DNA of 64,000 nt from a virus (lineage: Duplodnaviria; Caudoviricetes), in the IMG/VR virus record IMGVR_UViG_3300036971_000130, one strand, 5' to 3'. Positions 1 to 10,000 of this stretch are shown one piece after another. Below the pieces are notes generated by a model. That model saw nothing but the letters and a program-made list of their open reading frames with translations. It did not search any database and was not told where the DNA came from. The position numbers and the translations under genes were made by a program. How positions within the stretch are numbered: the first letter of the stretch is position 1; each line of letters begins with the position of its first letter.

Positions 1-445
1 CCGGTACAACGGCCACGTCGCCGGGTTCCTCTCCGTCGCAGAGCACTGCGTGATCGTCTCCCGCATCCTCGAAGACGAATGGGGCCTCGGTCCTGAGATC
101 GCCCTTCAGGGGCTTCTCCACGACGGCTACGAGGCGTACATCTCGGACCTGTCCCGGCCCGTGAAGTACCGGCCGGAGATGGCTGGTTACCGGGAGGCGG
201 AGCTTCGAGGCGAAGCGGTGATGGCCGAGGCGTTCGGCATCGCCTTCCCGTTCCATCCGAAGGTCAAGGAAGCCGACATCGAGGCGTACAACCGTGAGGT
301 CTCCGGCCCCGCCCCGTTGCGTGAGCGACCGAAGGATGAGTCCATCGGGCCGGAGCAGGCTCGGATCATGTTCCTCGCCAGGTTCGTCGACCTCGTGTTG
401 GAACGTGCGTTCATGTCCCCGACCTTCAGGCGATCATGGGCCTGA
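1..445 (+). CDS. HD-domain nucleotidase (YfdR-like 5'-deoxynucleotidase), 5' partial
   Basis: Frame open from window start: RYNGH..SVAEHC..GLLHDGYEAYISDLSRPVK. Confidence 0.8.
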   Translation, partial: RYNGHVAGFLSVAEHCVIVSRILEDEWGLGPEIALQGLLHDGYEAYISDLSRPVKYRPEMAGYREAELRGEAVMAEAFGIAFPFHPKVKEADIEAYNREVSGPAPLRERPKDESIGPEQARIMFLARFVDLVLERAFMSPTFRRSWA

Positions 446-633
446 CCAGCCACCCTGACGGAACCGAGATGTTCAACATCCTGTCGATGGCCGGTCAGGT
501 CGGCATGCCAGCCTCATGGCCGGAGTTGACATCGCAGACGACGTTGCACGGGGCGACTCAGGTTCTCTGGACCGTTTTCGATGTCGTCGACGAGAAGCTC
601 GTGCCTCGGAAGCACCCAACGACCCACCCATGA
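436..633 (+). CDS. hypothetical protein; ends H-P-stop inside the promoter motif
   Basis: ORF overlapping previous stop. Confidence 0.55.
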   Translation: MGLTSHPDGTEMFNILSMAGQVGMPASWPELTSQTTLHGATQVLWTVFDVVDEKLVPRKHPTTHP

Positions 634-640
634 TGAGAGC

Positions 641-934
641 ATGATCACACAGAACGACTACGGGTCCTTCGAGACCAGCGAGATCGCTGACGGTACGACC
701 GTCAAGCTCAGTGACTTGTTCCGAGCCGTCCGCCTGGCAGCGGCGTCGGGCGTCCAACGTCCCGGCCAGGCCATCATGAACATCGCATCCGTCATCGGCT
801 TGCCCGGTGCGTGCCGAGGGCCGTGGCCGAAGCTATGGAGTATGACCGGCTTCGCTGAGAGCTTCACCGGGTTCTTCACCAGGTACGACGTGGACGACCG
901 AGGCTGGGTCATCCCGAATGGGGTCGACCTGTGA
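641..934 (+). CDS. hypothetical protein (leaderless)
   Basis: ATG 6 nt after CATGAT motif. Confidence 0.6.
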   Translation: MITQNDYGSFETSEIADGTTVKLSDLFRAVRLAAASGVQRPGQAIMNIASVIGLPGACRGPWPKLWSMTGFAESFTGFFTRYDVDDRGWVIPNGVDL

Positions 935-1149
935 TCGACACCAGGTACGACCAAAGCGACGCCATCCGGCTTCTCGACAAGATCAACAGCGGTCTGACGA
1001 GGGACTGGGAGAAGCACAGCCGCATTCTCCATGTCCTTCGAGCCCAAGGTTGGGTACAGTGGAACCACCCCGGCGACACCCCAACCATCACCTTCACGGG
1101 CCGGAAGGCTCTCGACCTCGACATGAACGGAATCAACCCATGGCAGTGA
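931..1149 (+). CDS. hypothetical protein
   Basis: GTGA coupling to upstream ORF. Confidence 0.55.
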   Translation: MIDTRYDQSDAIRLLDKINSGLTRDWEKHSRILHVLRAQGWVQWNHPGDTPTITFTGRKALDLDMNGINPWQ

Positions 1150-1592
1150 CCCACATCACCGGCAACCTTCTCGACCCGACGCACGCCTTCGACGCCATCG
1201 TCCACGGCTGCAACCTGAAGGGGGTCATGGGGGCAGGGATCGCCAAGACGATCTCGTCCGAGTGGCCCGACATCCTCCCTCCGTACAAGGCGGCGTGCGC
1301 CGACGGCACCTTCGTGCTCGGCTCCGTGCTGCCGTTCGCCGCCGGAGACGGCCTCACCGTCCTCAACTGGGGTACGCAGGTGGCCCCCGGACCGGACGCT
1401 CGTCTCGAAGCGGTCAGCGCCGCTGCGGAGACCTCCTTCCAGATGGCCGTGGACTACGGCTGGACCAAGATCGGGATTCCCCAGGTCGGATGCGGCATCG
1501 GTGGCCTCGATTGGGATGTCGTGTCCCAGGAGATCACCGACATCGCCAGCGACTTCCCCGAACTCGACATCGTGCTGGTCACCTTCGGCTGA
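1140..1592 (+). CDS. macro domain protein (ADP-ribose hydrolase, DarG/TARG1-like)
   Basis: ITGNLL, IVHGCNLKGVMGAGIA, IPQVGCGIGGLDW. Confidence 0.9.
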   Translation: MAVTHITGNLLDPTHAFDAIVHGCNLKGVMGAGIAKTISSEWPDILPPYKAACADGTFVLGSVLPFAAGDGLTVLNWGTQVAPGPDARLEAVSAAAETSFQMAVDYGWTKIGIPQVGCGIGGLDWDVVSQEITDIASDFPELDIVLVTFG

Positions 1593-1630
1593 AGCTGGAC
1601 GCCGATGACCCTGCCACCCATGCTCGTGAC

Positions 1631-1978
1631 ATGAACGACTACCAACTCCACGTCAACGTGAACAAGTTGATGGATGCCATCGGCATCTTCATGGATCACG
1701 TTCCGGTACACGACGGCTTCGTCGAGGCGGCGAGCCTGGTCGTTGCGAAGGGCAGCGAGGATGGTCAGTCGGCTCAGGTTCGGCTTCGTCAGGCGAAGCA
1801 CATCGTGGAGCGGCACATCGACTTCGCCATCGACGACCACTTCATGTCTCACGAAGATCGTCTCCGCTGGTTCCGTATGCAGGATCTCTGGGACGACATC
1901 TTCGAGGCGGTCGAGTCTCGCACGATCAGCACGCAGAAGATGGCGACCCAGATTCGTCGGGCCTACGACTCCTTCTGA
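1631..1978 (+). CDS. hypothetical protein (leaderless)
   Basis: CTGGAC-N18-CATGCT-N6-ATG. Confidence 0.65.
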   Translation: MNDYQLHVNVNKLMDAIGIFMDHVPVHDGFVEAASLVVAKGSEDGQSAQVRLRQAKHIVERHIDFAIDDHFMSHEDRLRWFRMQDLWDDIFEAVESRTISTQKMATQIRRAYDSF

Positions 1979-1980
1979 GG

Positions 1981-2019
1981 TTGGACAGCGGTCTTCATGC
2001 CACCCATGTTGGAGGCATG
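1981..2019 (+). promoter_or_regulatory. class I promoter motif, type example
   Basis: TTGGAC-N18-CATGTT-GGAGGC-ATG, CCACC upstream of hexamer; about 40 copies in window. Confidence 0.75.
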
Positions 2020-2607
2020 AAGACCGCATCGTTCGTCACCGAGTACACGTCGTTCGTCAACCGAACCGGCACCACGCCCACCCGCAACCAGGCTGACCCC
2101 GAGTCCTTCCGCCTGTCGAACAAGGCCGCTCGCCTTCGCCACATGCACAAGAACGGCGAACTCGACAGCGAGACCATCGCCCTCGTCGAAACCATCCCCG
2201 GCTGGGAGTGGACGATCCGCACGATGACCTTCTCGTTCGGACGCCGCAGCATCGAGGACATGGTGGCTCAGGTCATCGCCTTCATCAACGAGCACGACAC
2301 CAACCCGAAGGTCTCGAAGTCCGCCGCCTCCGACGAGGAAGCGACCCTCGGAAACTGGATGATCAACGTCCGGGCGAAGAACAACCGAGGCGAACTCACC
2401 GCCGCCGACATCGCCAAGATCGAGACGATCCCCGGCTGGGTCTGGAAGGGCCGCAACGCCAAGCTCTCCATCAACGAGGGGCTGAAGCTCACCGGTGGTC
2501 GCCTCACCCGCTTCCTGAACCGGATGCGTCGTGATCGTGTCGCTGGCAAGCTCACCGCCCGTGAGATCGCCAGGATCGAAGCAGCCGTTCCCACGATGCA
2601 GTGGTGA
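2017..2607 (+). CDS. stand-alone helicase-associated (HA) repeat protein
   Basis: LGNWMINVR..GELT...IAKIETIPGWVW repeats typical of HA domains. Confidence 0.75.
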   Translation: MKTASFVTEYTSFVNRTGTTPTRNQADPESFRLSNKAARLRHMHKNGELDSETIALVETIPGWEWTIRTMTFSFGRRSIEDMVAQVIAFINEHDTNPKVSKSAASDEEATLGNWMINVRAKNNRGELTAADIAKIETIPGWVWKGRNAKLSINEGLKLTGGRLTRFLNRMRRDRVAGKLTAREIARIEAAVPTMQW

Positions 2608-3105
2608 GTTGGTGAGTGGTCGGGCAACCTCGTCCGGTGACGACACCCCACCCATGATGAGAGCATGAACACATCCACCATCACGTCCTTCGTCGACAGC
2701 TACAAGGAGTTCGCTGCGAAGAACGGCGCTCCCGTGCACCGTCCGCCGTCGACCTCGTTGGAGTCGAGGCTCGCCGTCACCGCATCCCACCTGCGAGGGC
2801 AGTTCCTCGACGGGAAGCTGACCTCCGAGCAGGTGAAGCTCATCGAGCCGATCGACGGCTGGAAGTGGAGCCTCCGCAGCCGACCGTCGTTCACCACGAC
2901 CAGGAACACGATCGCCTGGTACGTCCAGGCCGTCAGCGACTTCATCGCCGCCGAGGGACGCAACCCCCGGCCATCAAAGACCGCCATGACCGATGAGGAA
3001 GCCCACCTCGGAAACTGGATGATCAACGTCCGGGCGAAGAACAACCGAGGCGAACTCACCGCCGCCGACATCGCCAAGATCGAGACGATCCCCGGCTGGG
3101 TCTGG
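2346..3105 (+). repeat. 100-bp perfect direct repeat (2346-2445 = 3006-3105)
   Basis: Direct comparison of sequence. Confidence 0.95.
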
Positions 3106-3276
3106 CGTGGTCAGAACATCAAGATCAGCGTCGATGAGGGCATCGCCCTCTACCTGGCGAAGTCCGTTCGGTCTCGGAAGTGGCGGACCCGGATGCGCCG
3201 GGACCACAAGGCAGGCACCCTGTCGGTGTCGGACATCACCAAGATCGAGGATTCGATCCCCGGCTGGACGTGGTGA
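2665..3276 (+). CDS. stand-alone helicase-associated (HA) repeat protein, paralog
   Basis: Same repeats; 100 bp identical to previous gene. Confidence 0.75.
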   Translation: MNTSTITSFVDSYKEFAAKNGAPVHRPPSTSLESRLAVTASHLRGQFLDGKLTSEQVKLIEPIDGWKWSLRSRPSFTTTRNTIAWYVQAVSDFIAAEGRNPRPSKTAMTDEEAHLGNWMINVRAKNNRGELTAADIAKIETIPGWVWRGQNIKISVDEGIALYLAKSVRSRKWRTRMRRDHKAGTLSVSDITKIEDSIPGWTW

Positions 3277-3289
3277 GTAGACTTCCCCG

Positions 3290-3997
3290 GTGACCTCCAC
3301 CTCGACTTTCACCATCCCGATCACGTCGGACCTCGTCCTGTGGGCACCGCCCGACTCCCCGAACCAACGGGAGAGTTTGGCGGTGCTCCCACCGGCGACG
3401 GCAACGTGGTTGCTCTCCTTCCAGAGCCGGGGGATCAAGGAAGCGATCGAGTCCGGCCACATCGTCTGCTCGCAGATCCAGGTGATCTCCACCGGCGTCC
3501 AACGTCTCGTCGATGGCCGCAAGCACCTGGCGAACGTGGCCTACTACGTCACGTTCTCCGCCCACGGGAGCATCGGGGCCGACGTGATCCGGTCTGCGAC
3601 GTTGAGCAGCGAGAGGAAGCTCGACAAGGGGCACGGACGAGGTCGGGTGATCCTGAACGGCTCGATCGTCGGCGGCAACGCCGGGCGCATCTACGCCAAG
3701 GACATCCCGATCCAGCGACCGGACGGCCAGATCCGGTACATGGTGGTCGACACCGAGAACGGCATCTTCCAGGTGCCGATCGACGGCTACGAGGTCGGCT
3801 CCTACGCCGATGACACGTTCCCTCAGGTGTTCACGATCGCTCGCACCTACGACAACGGTCGGGAACTCGTCACCGAGGTGATCGCAGACGAGTCGCTCTA
3901 CTTGACCGAGGTCTCGGCCCAACGTCGAGCGGACGAACTGAACGCAGTCTCCGGCAAGACCGGCTACGAGACCTACATGCGTCCTGTGCTGCCCTGA
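3290..3997 (+). CDS. hypothetical protein
   Basis: 235-aa ORF, TAGACT-N6-GTG upstream. Confidence 0.7.
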   Translation: MTSTSTFTIPITSDLVLWAPPDSPNQRESLAVLPPATATWLLSFQSRGIKEAIESGHIVCSQIQVISTGVQRLVDGRKHLANVAYYVTFSAHGSIGADVIRSATLSSERKLDKGHGRGRVILNGSIVGGNAGRIYAKDIPIQRPDGQIRYMVVDTENGIFQVPIDGYEVGSYADDTFPQVFTIARTYDNGRELVTEVIADESLYLTEVSAQRRADELNAVSGKTGYETYMRPVLP

Positions 3998-4168
3998 CGG
4001 GTCCGCAGGCATCGGAACACCACCAGAGCCGCCGCAGGGCCGTTGACGGCCGCTGAGACCCTACCATGTAGTTCCGGGAGAGGATCGTCCAGGCGATCCA
4101 CAGGATCTCGTTGAGAACGACGAAGAAGTGGTTGAAGCGAGCAGCAGCAGGATGTCGTTCGCTGTCAC
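3990..4168 (-). pseudogene. degenerate tandem copy of SemiSWEET gene
   Basis: Split frames read MTANDILLLLAS / VVLNEILWIAWTILSRNYMVG / AVNGPAAALVVFRCLR, matching the adjacent gene. Confidence 0.7.
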
Positions 4169-4428
4169 GAACGGTCCCGGAACCTGCGGCAGCGGTAGAG
4201 GATCAGGGCCGCTGCTGGGCCGTTCACGAGGCCAGGAGCGCCCACCAGGTAGTTCTTCGAGAGGACAGCCCAGACGATCCACAGCGTGGCGTTCAGGAGC
4301 ACCAACGAGTAGGAAATGACCGAAATGCCCGAGAGGTCATCGGTTTTGAGCGCCTTGTAGGCTTGGGGAGCGGAGAGCATGGCGGACGTGGCCGAAGCCA
4401 CGACAAGGAGGATGTCGATACCGGTCAT
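4165..4428 (-). CDS. SemiSWEET / PQ-loop membrane transporter
   Basis: 87 aa, 3 hydrophobic segments, APQAYK..DLSGIS..LWIVWA. Confidence 0.8.
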   Translation of the reverse strand: MTGIDILLVVASATSAMLSAPQAYKALKTDDLSGISVISYSLVLLNATLWIVWAVLSKNYLVGAPGLVNGPAAALILYRCRRFRDRS

Positions 4429-4453
4429 GTCGGTCTTTCAGTCAGGTCTACGA

Positions 4454-5293
4454 CTAGACGTAGCTGGGGGACCACTCACCGTACCGTCCACGGACGATGC
4501 GGATGCCCTCCGAGCCTGACGAGAGCATCTCCGCCCCGATCTTGAACGCCTGCTCACGGTCGCTGCGCTCGATGCTCGACAGGTCGAACGAGCCGTTGCC
4601 GCCGATGTCGTCGACGTACGTGGAACCGAACCCCGGAGAATCCTGGATCTTGACCTGGATGCCATCGGTGGCCGGGTCCTGGGCGTAGTTCTTCAGGTGG
4701 CCCCGGAGGAACACCTCAGCACGCTCACGGTCAGCGAAGTCGTAGATCGTTCCGTTCTGTCCGACTTCCACCCACCGAGCACCAGAAGCCTTCGCCAGCG
4801 CCTTGCCGGAGTGGGAGCCACGGATGCGCCAACGACCAGCCTGATCGAGACCGATCGTCACATGCTGATCGCCGTTGCCCACAGCGTTCGACGCATCCAG
4901 GATCAAGTCCGTCGGATCACCGAACTTCCGGATCTCACCTTCCTCGTCACGCTTGTGGAAGACGATATTCCCATCGAACCCATCACCCACCGGCGTGACA
5001 TCGACCTCGGCCCCCGTGAACGACTCGTCCCCTGAAGCTTCTTCGAGGACCAGCACGATGGCGTTCTGAAGGTCTTCCTCGCTGGCGGAGTGGAACCGGA
5101 TGGAGTCCGAGAAGTCGTTCGGGTCGTTGGCCGAGTCCGAAGCGAACCTTGCGTACCCGAAGGCTACGAGCCGGTCCTTCAGCGGAGGCAGCCCACCGAG
5201 ACCAACTGGGTGCCCGAACTCCCTGAAGCCAGTTCCGAACCGTCCACCAGCACCACGACGTGCTTCGAGTGCTGCCTTTGCCTGTGCGTCCAT
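4454..5293 (-). CDS. hypothetical protein with N-terminal RRGAGGRF motif; paralog of 5310-6152
   Basis: AAGGAG RBS; shared DRLVxxGYA and G[RK]WR[IL]RG blocks. Confidence 0.75.
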   Translation of the reverse strand: MDAQAKAALEARRGAGGRFGTGFREFGHPVGLGGLPPLKDRLVAFGYARFASDSANDPNDFSDSIRFHSASEEDLQNAIVLVLEEASGDESFTGAEVDVTPVGDGFDGNIVFHKRDEEGEIRKFGDPTDLILDASNAVGNGDQHVTIGLDQAGRWRIRGSHSGKALAKASGARWVEVGQNGTIYDFADRERAEVFLRGHLKNYAQDPATDGIQVKIQDSPGFGSTYVDDIGGNGSFDLSSIERSDREQAFKIGAEMLSSGSEGIRIVRGRYGEWSPSYV

Positions 5294-5309
5294 GTTCTGC
5301 TCCTTCCTG

Positions 5310-6152
5310 TCACTCGTAGGTGACGACATCCCACTTGGGATCTTCGTCGTCGGACCCTCTCGTCCGGTCGACTCGTACGTTGTGTCCGGTCATCATCAGC
5401 CGGGTGGCCCGTTCGAGAGCCCTCTGACGTTGTGCTCGTTCGGCGTCGGGCATGCCCTCGAACTGGCTGCCTCCGACCGAGTCCATCTTGACGATGTGTC
5501 CCTCGCCGGGAACGAAGTAGGACCGCATCTGAACGGAACCAGACTCCGGGTCCGCCTTGAACGCCCCGAGGGTGCGCCCCATGAACATCCGTGCAGCATT
5601 GACATCACGGAAGCATGCGGTCGTCTGACCGTGGCCTCGCTCCGCCCACATCGCACCGTGGTTGTCAACGACGAACTGGCCGTCACGGTTGCCTCGGAGA
5701 CGCCACTTCCCGGTGTCGGTGATGCCAACGGAGACATCGTCTCTCCCGTCACGGATCGCAGCCATCGCAGCTTCCGAAGCATCCTGAACACCGAAGTCGC
5801 TTCGGTTCTTGAAGTTCGGGTCTTGGTGCAGGCTCAGGGTGGTCAGGAAACCACCTCCGGGCGTCGGACGAAGGGCAACGGTCATTCCGCCGAAACCGGG
5901 ATCTTCGGACATCTCGTCGAAGCAGTAGTGGACCGCTTCCACTGCCTGCTCCCGATCGACCGTTGCCAACGTGATGGTGTCCTCCTGGTAACCGACGCTG
6001 GTCATCGTTGCGTAACCGTACTCGACGAGACGGTCCTCGATCGACGGCATGTCCGGGTTGATGACGCCTCCACCGCCGAAGTCCTTCCACTTCCGTCCGA
6101 ACTCACCGTTGCGCTGGCGGTTGACAGTTGCCTCGAAGTCGACGTTGCTCAT
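5310..6152 (-). CDS. hypothetical protein with N-terminal RQRNGEF motif
   Basis: Paralog of 4454-5293. Confidence 0.75.
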   Translation of the reverse strand: MSNVDFEATVNRQRNGEFGRKWKDFGGGGVINPDMPSIEDRLVEYGYATMTSVGYQEDTITLATVDREQAVEAVHYCFDEMSEDPGFGGMTVALRPTPGGGFLTTLSLHQDPNFKNRSDFGVQDASEAAMAAIRDGRDDVSVGITDTGKWRLRGNRDGQFVVDNHGAMWAERGHGQTTACFRDVNAARMFMGRTLGAFKADPESGSVQMRSYFVPGEGHIVKMDSVGGSQFEGMPDAERAQRQRALERATRLMMTGHNVRVDRTRGSDDEDPKWDVVTYE

Positions 6153-6958
6153 CAGTCTTCATCATCCCTGTTCATCCACGACTCCTTCTTCCACTCGTCC
6201 GAGCCGAGGTAGTCGGTGGCGCTCATGTAGTCCGAGTTGACCCTGTTGCGAGCGGCGACGGCGAAGTCGAGTGTCGACCCAGCGGTGTTCGGACTTGTTG
6301 CTCGGACCGCTTCAGCGATCTTGTCGTGCATCTTGCGGTTTGTGTTGAACCCGTACGTGGTGTCCCAATGCCTGAACGGGTCACCCGACTGCCAGTCGTC
6401 CACCAGACCAGCCCAATTGAGCGAGTCATCTGGGTGGTGCGTGTTCAGCCAGTCGGCCGCAGCAGCCTGCTCTCTTTCGTCGAGGTCGACAGAGACGAAC
6501 TGAGCATCCTCATCGGTCTCGCTCCGTCTCGGATAGGTGGAGTAGGTGACGTACTCGATCCCACGGTCGAAACGGTCAGCCGCCACGGCCCTGTTGAATT
6601 CCTCGGTGAGTTCCTCGGAGAAGTAGGTGGAATCGAACTCTCCGAGGTCGCCGTATCGGTTGAGCCCGATCTGGTCGTTGACCCGGCCGCAGCCATCGGA
6701 CCAGTAGTCCTCATCGGTGTCGTCCCGACGTGTCCAGCCCTCCAACCCGGAGAACCGGATGGCGGTATCGACCTCGTCCTCGTAGTCGAGCGGATCGGGT
6801 TCGAGACCAGCCCACGGAGCCTTCGGATCGGAGGCATCCATGTCGGCTGGGTTCGCTGCCCCAAGAGACGGAACCGGTCCGTCGCCCAGCTTCTTCGACT
6901 CGAAGCCAGCGCCGGACCCACGGTTGTGTCCACGGTTCGTACCATCGGTGTTTCCCAT
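6152..6958 (-). CDS. acidic hypothetical protein with N-terminal RGSGAGF motif
   Basis: Shares DAQ[FY]VSV[DE]LDE block with 6966-7409. Confidence 0.7.
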   Translation of the reverse strand: MGNTDGTNRGHNRGSGAGFESKKLGDGPVPSLGAANPADMDASDPKAPWAGLEPDPLDYEDEVDTAIRFSGLEGWTRRDDTDEDYWSDGCGRVNDQIGLNRYGDLGEFDSTYFSEELTEEFNRAVAADRFDRGIEYVTYSTYPRRSETDEDAQFVSVDLDEREQAAAADWLNTHHPDDSLNWAGLVDDWQSGDPFRHWDTTYGFNTNRKMHDKIAEAVRATSPNTAGSTLDFAVAARNRVNSDYMSATDYLGSDEWKKESWMNRDDED

Positions 6959-6965
6959 GGTTGAA

Positions 6966-7409
6966 CTATTGGCGGCGAGCGACCGAAGCGGTCACCGACC
7001 GATGAAGCTCACGGGCGGCTTGGAGATCCCGGCGGGCGGGGCCATCCCCGGCCAACACAGCTTCCGACACCTTGTCCCATGCGCCTCGGACGAACGTGTT
7101 CGAGTCGGCAGCGGCCCACGGGTCACCATCGGACCAGGCTTCCACCGTCGCTTCGATGTCCTCGATGTCACGATCATCGAGGTTGTCCCGCCCGTACTCG
7201 TTGACGATGAAGTCGACCGCTTCGGCCTTCTCCTGTTCGTCGAGTTCGACCGACACGTACTGAGCGTCCGGGTCGGTGTCTTGCATGTCGATGTCGCAGA
7301 TGGAGAAGGACGCCGTGCGGTCAGACGAAGACGGGAAGTGCCGACGAGCCTCGTCGTCGAGGTCCCTCGGACGGCAGAAGCGATCGAGGGCATCTTCCGT
7401 TGACGCCAC
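6966..7409 (-). CDS. hypothetical protein, paralog of C-terminal part of 6152-6958
   Basis: DTDPDAQYVSVELDEQEKA vs ETDEDAQFVSVDLDEREQA; start uncertain. Confidence 0.65.
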   Translation of the reverse strand: MASTEDALDRFCRPRDLDDEARRHFPSSSDRTASFSICDIDMQDTDPDAQYVSVELDEQEKAEAVDFIVNEYGRDNLDDRDIEDIEATVEAWSDGDPWAAADSNTFVRGAWDKVSEAVLAGDGPARRDLQAARELHRSVTASVARRQ

Positions 7410-7458
7410 GGATCGTGTACCGTTGACGATCCCAACGTCGAACGGAAAGCTGGGATCA

Positions 7459-8037
7459 GTGCGAGGGAAGTTCATCGTCTTCGAGGGTGCGGATGGAGTC
7501 GGGAAGACGACTCAGGCCCGCATCCTCGCTGACCGTCTCGGAGCCCACCTGACCAGGGAGCCCGGCGCAACGCCGCTCGGACTTCGTCTCCGTGAGATCC
7601 TCTCAGATCCCAACTTCGAGAAGACCCCCGAGGTCGAAGTCCTCCTGATGGCAGCGGATCGCTCCGCCCACATCTCCGATGTCATCGTGCCGAAGGTCGA
7701 AGCCGGAACCCATGTGGTCTCGGATCGACATGTTGGTTCGTCCTTCGCCTACCAGGGCTACGGGCGTGGCGTCCTGATGGAGAGCATCACCACGATCAAC
7801 ATGTTCGCCACGCTGTCGGTGACACCGGACCTCGTGATCTACCTGGACGCTCCACGTCATGTCGAGTTCGAGTGCCCCGACTGGTTCGAGCAGGATGAAC
7901 CTCTGCTCGAACGGGTGACCGACGGGTACCGGAAGCTCGCCAAGGATCTTCGCTGGTCGAGGGTCGATGGTGACGCTGACATCGAGACGGTCACCGGACG
8001 AGTCGATGCGGTCGTGAAGTCGGTGCTGGGGCTGTGA
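7459..8037 (+). CDS. tmk: thymidylate (dTMP) kinase
   Basis: FIVFEGADGVGKTTQ, TREPG, LLMAADR, SDRHVGSSFAYQG. Confidence 0.95.
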   Translation: MRGKFIVFEGADGVGKTTQARILADRLGAHLTREPGATPLGLRLREILSDPNFEKTPEVEVLLMAADRSAHISDVIVPKVEAGTHVVSDRHVGSSFAYQGYGRGVLMESITTINMFATLSVTPDLVIYLDAPRHVEFECPDWFEQDEPLLERVTDGYRKLAKDLRWSRVDGDADIETVTGRVDAVVKSVLGL

Positions 8038-8909
8038 AGAAGCCCGATCTTCGCCGTACCCTCGGCCTCGCTCTGATCCTGACCGGCGCTGTGGTCGTCG
8101 GGCGAATCGGGTGGCTTCTCTGGGGAACGTCGTTCGCTGAACAGCGTTCACAGAACGACCTCCGCACCGAGTGGGAGCAGAAGGTCGAGGAAGCGGAGTC
8201 GATCGTGCCCACAACCACCGCACCATCGTCCACCACGACCCCTCAGTCGCCGCCTACGACTCTCCCAGGCGACGACGGTCTCCCAGTGAGTCCTCTGCCC
8301 GCTCCGGCGTACGGAGAGCCGATCGGGGAGGTCGACATCCCCGCCATCGGGATCAAGCGGATGCTCGTCGAAGGCTCCGACTACAAGCAGCTTCGACGAG
8401 GCCCCGGCCATGTGATCGGAACACCCCTCCCCGGCCAGGCTGGCAACTCGGTGATCTCCGGTCACCGGACCACGTACGGTCAGCCGTTCCACAACCTCGA
8501 CAAGCTGAAGCCTGGTGACCTGATCACGGTCACGACGATCCAGGGCAGGTTCACCTACAAGGTGGAGTCCTTGGATGTCGTGAAGGAACGTGACACCTGG
8601 GTCATGGACCCGACCGACGACAACCGGATGACGGTCATCACCTGTCACCCGAAGTATTCGAGGAAGGAGCGCCTGATCGCCCACACGATCCTCACGTCCG
8701 CTCCCGTTCCGAAGATGGAGAACCAGGACGAAATCGCCAAAGCGGACGCACCGGACATTCCGGAAGATCGTCTCGAAGCGGGCGAAGACCTCGACATCGA
8801 GGACACGGTGTACACGAGCGCCCTCGTCGGTCTCGGAGCCACAGCGTTCCTCGTCGTGATCGTAGCGATCTGGTCGAAGCGTCGGATGGACGACGAAGAT
8901 CAGGTTTGA
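8034..8909 (+). CDS. sortase (class E/D-like)
   Basis: GNSVISGHRTTYGQPF, VITCHP..R; N- and C-terminal TM segments. Confidence 0.92.
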   Translation: MKKPDLRRTLGLALILTGAVVVGRIGWLLWGTSFAEQRSQNDLRTEWEQKVEEAESIVPTTTAPSSTTTPQSPPTTLPGDDGLPVSPLPAPAYGEPIGEVDIPAIGIKRMLVEGSDYKQLRRGPGHVIGTPLPGQAGNSVISGHRTTYGQPFHNLDKLKPGDLITVTTIQGRFTYKVESLDVVKERDTWVMDPTDDNRMTVITCHPKYSRKERLIAHTILTSAPVPKMENQDEIAKADAPDIPEDRLEAGEDLDIEDTVYTSALVGLGATAFLVVIVAIWSKRRMDDEDQV

Positions 8910-8940
8910 CCACCCACGGTCGACGACCCATGATGGAGTC

Positions 8941-9588
8941 ATGCAAGCGACCACTCACCTGAACTTCGGACAGTCCGTTCGTACGTGGTTCACGTCCGAC
9001 AACCACTTCGGACACAAGAACATCGCCCGGTTCACCGACCGACCGTTCCCGCATGGCGAGGTCGGCCTCGATGCGATGGACGAAGCGATGATCGCTGAGT
9101 GGAACTCGAAGGTCGCACCTGACGATCACGTCATCATCGTGGGTGACTTCTCGTTCTACGGGCACGGCAAGACCGAGCAGATCGTGAAGCGGCTCAACGG
9201 CCGTCTCCACCTGATCTACGGCAACCACGACCCGCAGACCTCATCTCGTGTCGCCAAGACCGACCGCAACATCGCCGCCTACAAGGCGATGGGGTTCGAG
9301 ACGGTCACCGATCTGATGACCTGGGAGTTCAACGGCGAGCGGTTCCTGATCTGCCACTACCCGTACGAGGGTGACTCTCGTGAGGAAGATGACCGGTACC
9401 CGGACCGTCGGCCTCCGAACACCGGGATGAAGCTCATCCACGGTCACGTCCACGAGAAGTGGCGGAAGCACGGGAACCAGGTCAACGTGGGCATGGATGC
9501 CTGGGGCGGCGAGGTCGTCCCAGCCGAGACGATCGTCGCCATGTTCGACCACCCCGACCACTACGTCCCGAAGATCCCCTGGGTCTGA
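8941..9588 (+). CDS. calcineurin-like metallophosphoesterase
   Basis: FTSDNHFGH, VGDFS, GNHD, HYP, IHGHVH. Confidence 0.92.
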   Translation: MQATTHLNFGQSVRTWFTSDNHFGHKNIARFTDRPFPHGEVGLDAMDEAMIAEWNSKVAPDDHVIIVGDFSFYGHGKTEQIVKRLNGRLHLIYGNHDPQTSSRVAKTDRNIAAYKAMGFETVTDLMTWEFNGERFLICHYPYEGDSREEDDRYPDRRPPNTGMKLIHGHVHEKWRKHGNQVNVGMDAWGGEVVPAETIVAMFDHPDHYVPKIPWV

Positions 9589-10000
9589 GGTTCGATCAGA
9601 AGGCCTGGCAGCCGATCAGGTTGCCGGACCTTCGCTGTTCACCATGTTCACAGAGATCAAACGAGGACGAAACCCAGGCGGACCTCAAAGGCTGGACCGT
9701 CGTCGAGGACACAGGCATCTCCGGTGCTCGGGATGACCGTATTGGTCTCTCTCGACTCGTAGCGATGGCTCCTTGATCGACGTGGTTCTCGTCGCCAGCC
9801 TCAATCGTCCGGTCGGTCGCTGCGATCTGCGCTCGCTCTGATTGATGATCTCGACCGGCAGTCGGTGGCGGTCGTATCGGTGCGGTAGTCCGTTGATGGG
9901 ACAACTCCGGCTGGTCGGATGATGCGATCAATCATGCTGTCACTTGCCGAGTACGAGAGGGAGTTGATCAGCGAACTCTGAACGAGGCGGGCTGAGATCC

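Noticed and set aside
1-445. DatZ / Z-genome pathway
   Set aside because: HD domain fits the common YfdR-like family; no purZ in the window.
2346-3105. Diversity-generating retroelement TR/VR pair
   Set aside because: Copies are identical with no adenine-specific mismatches, and no reverse transcriptase is present.
9596-9931. ORF 9596-9931(-)
   Set aside because: No recognisable motif, weak codon bias, lies in the repeat-bounded insert.
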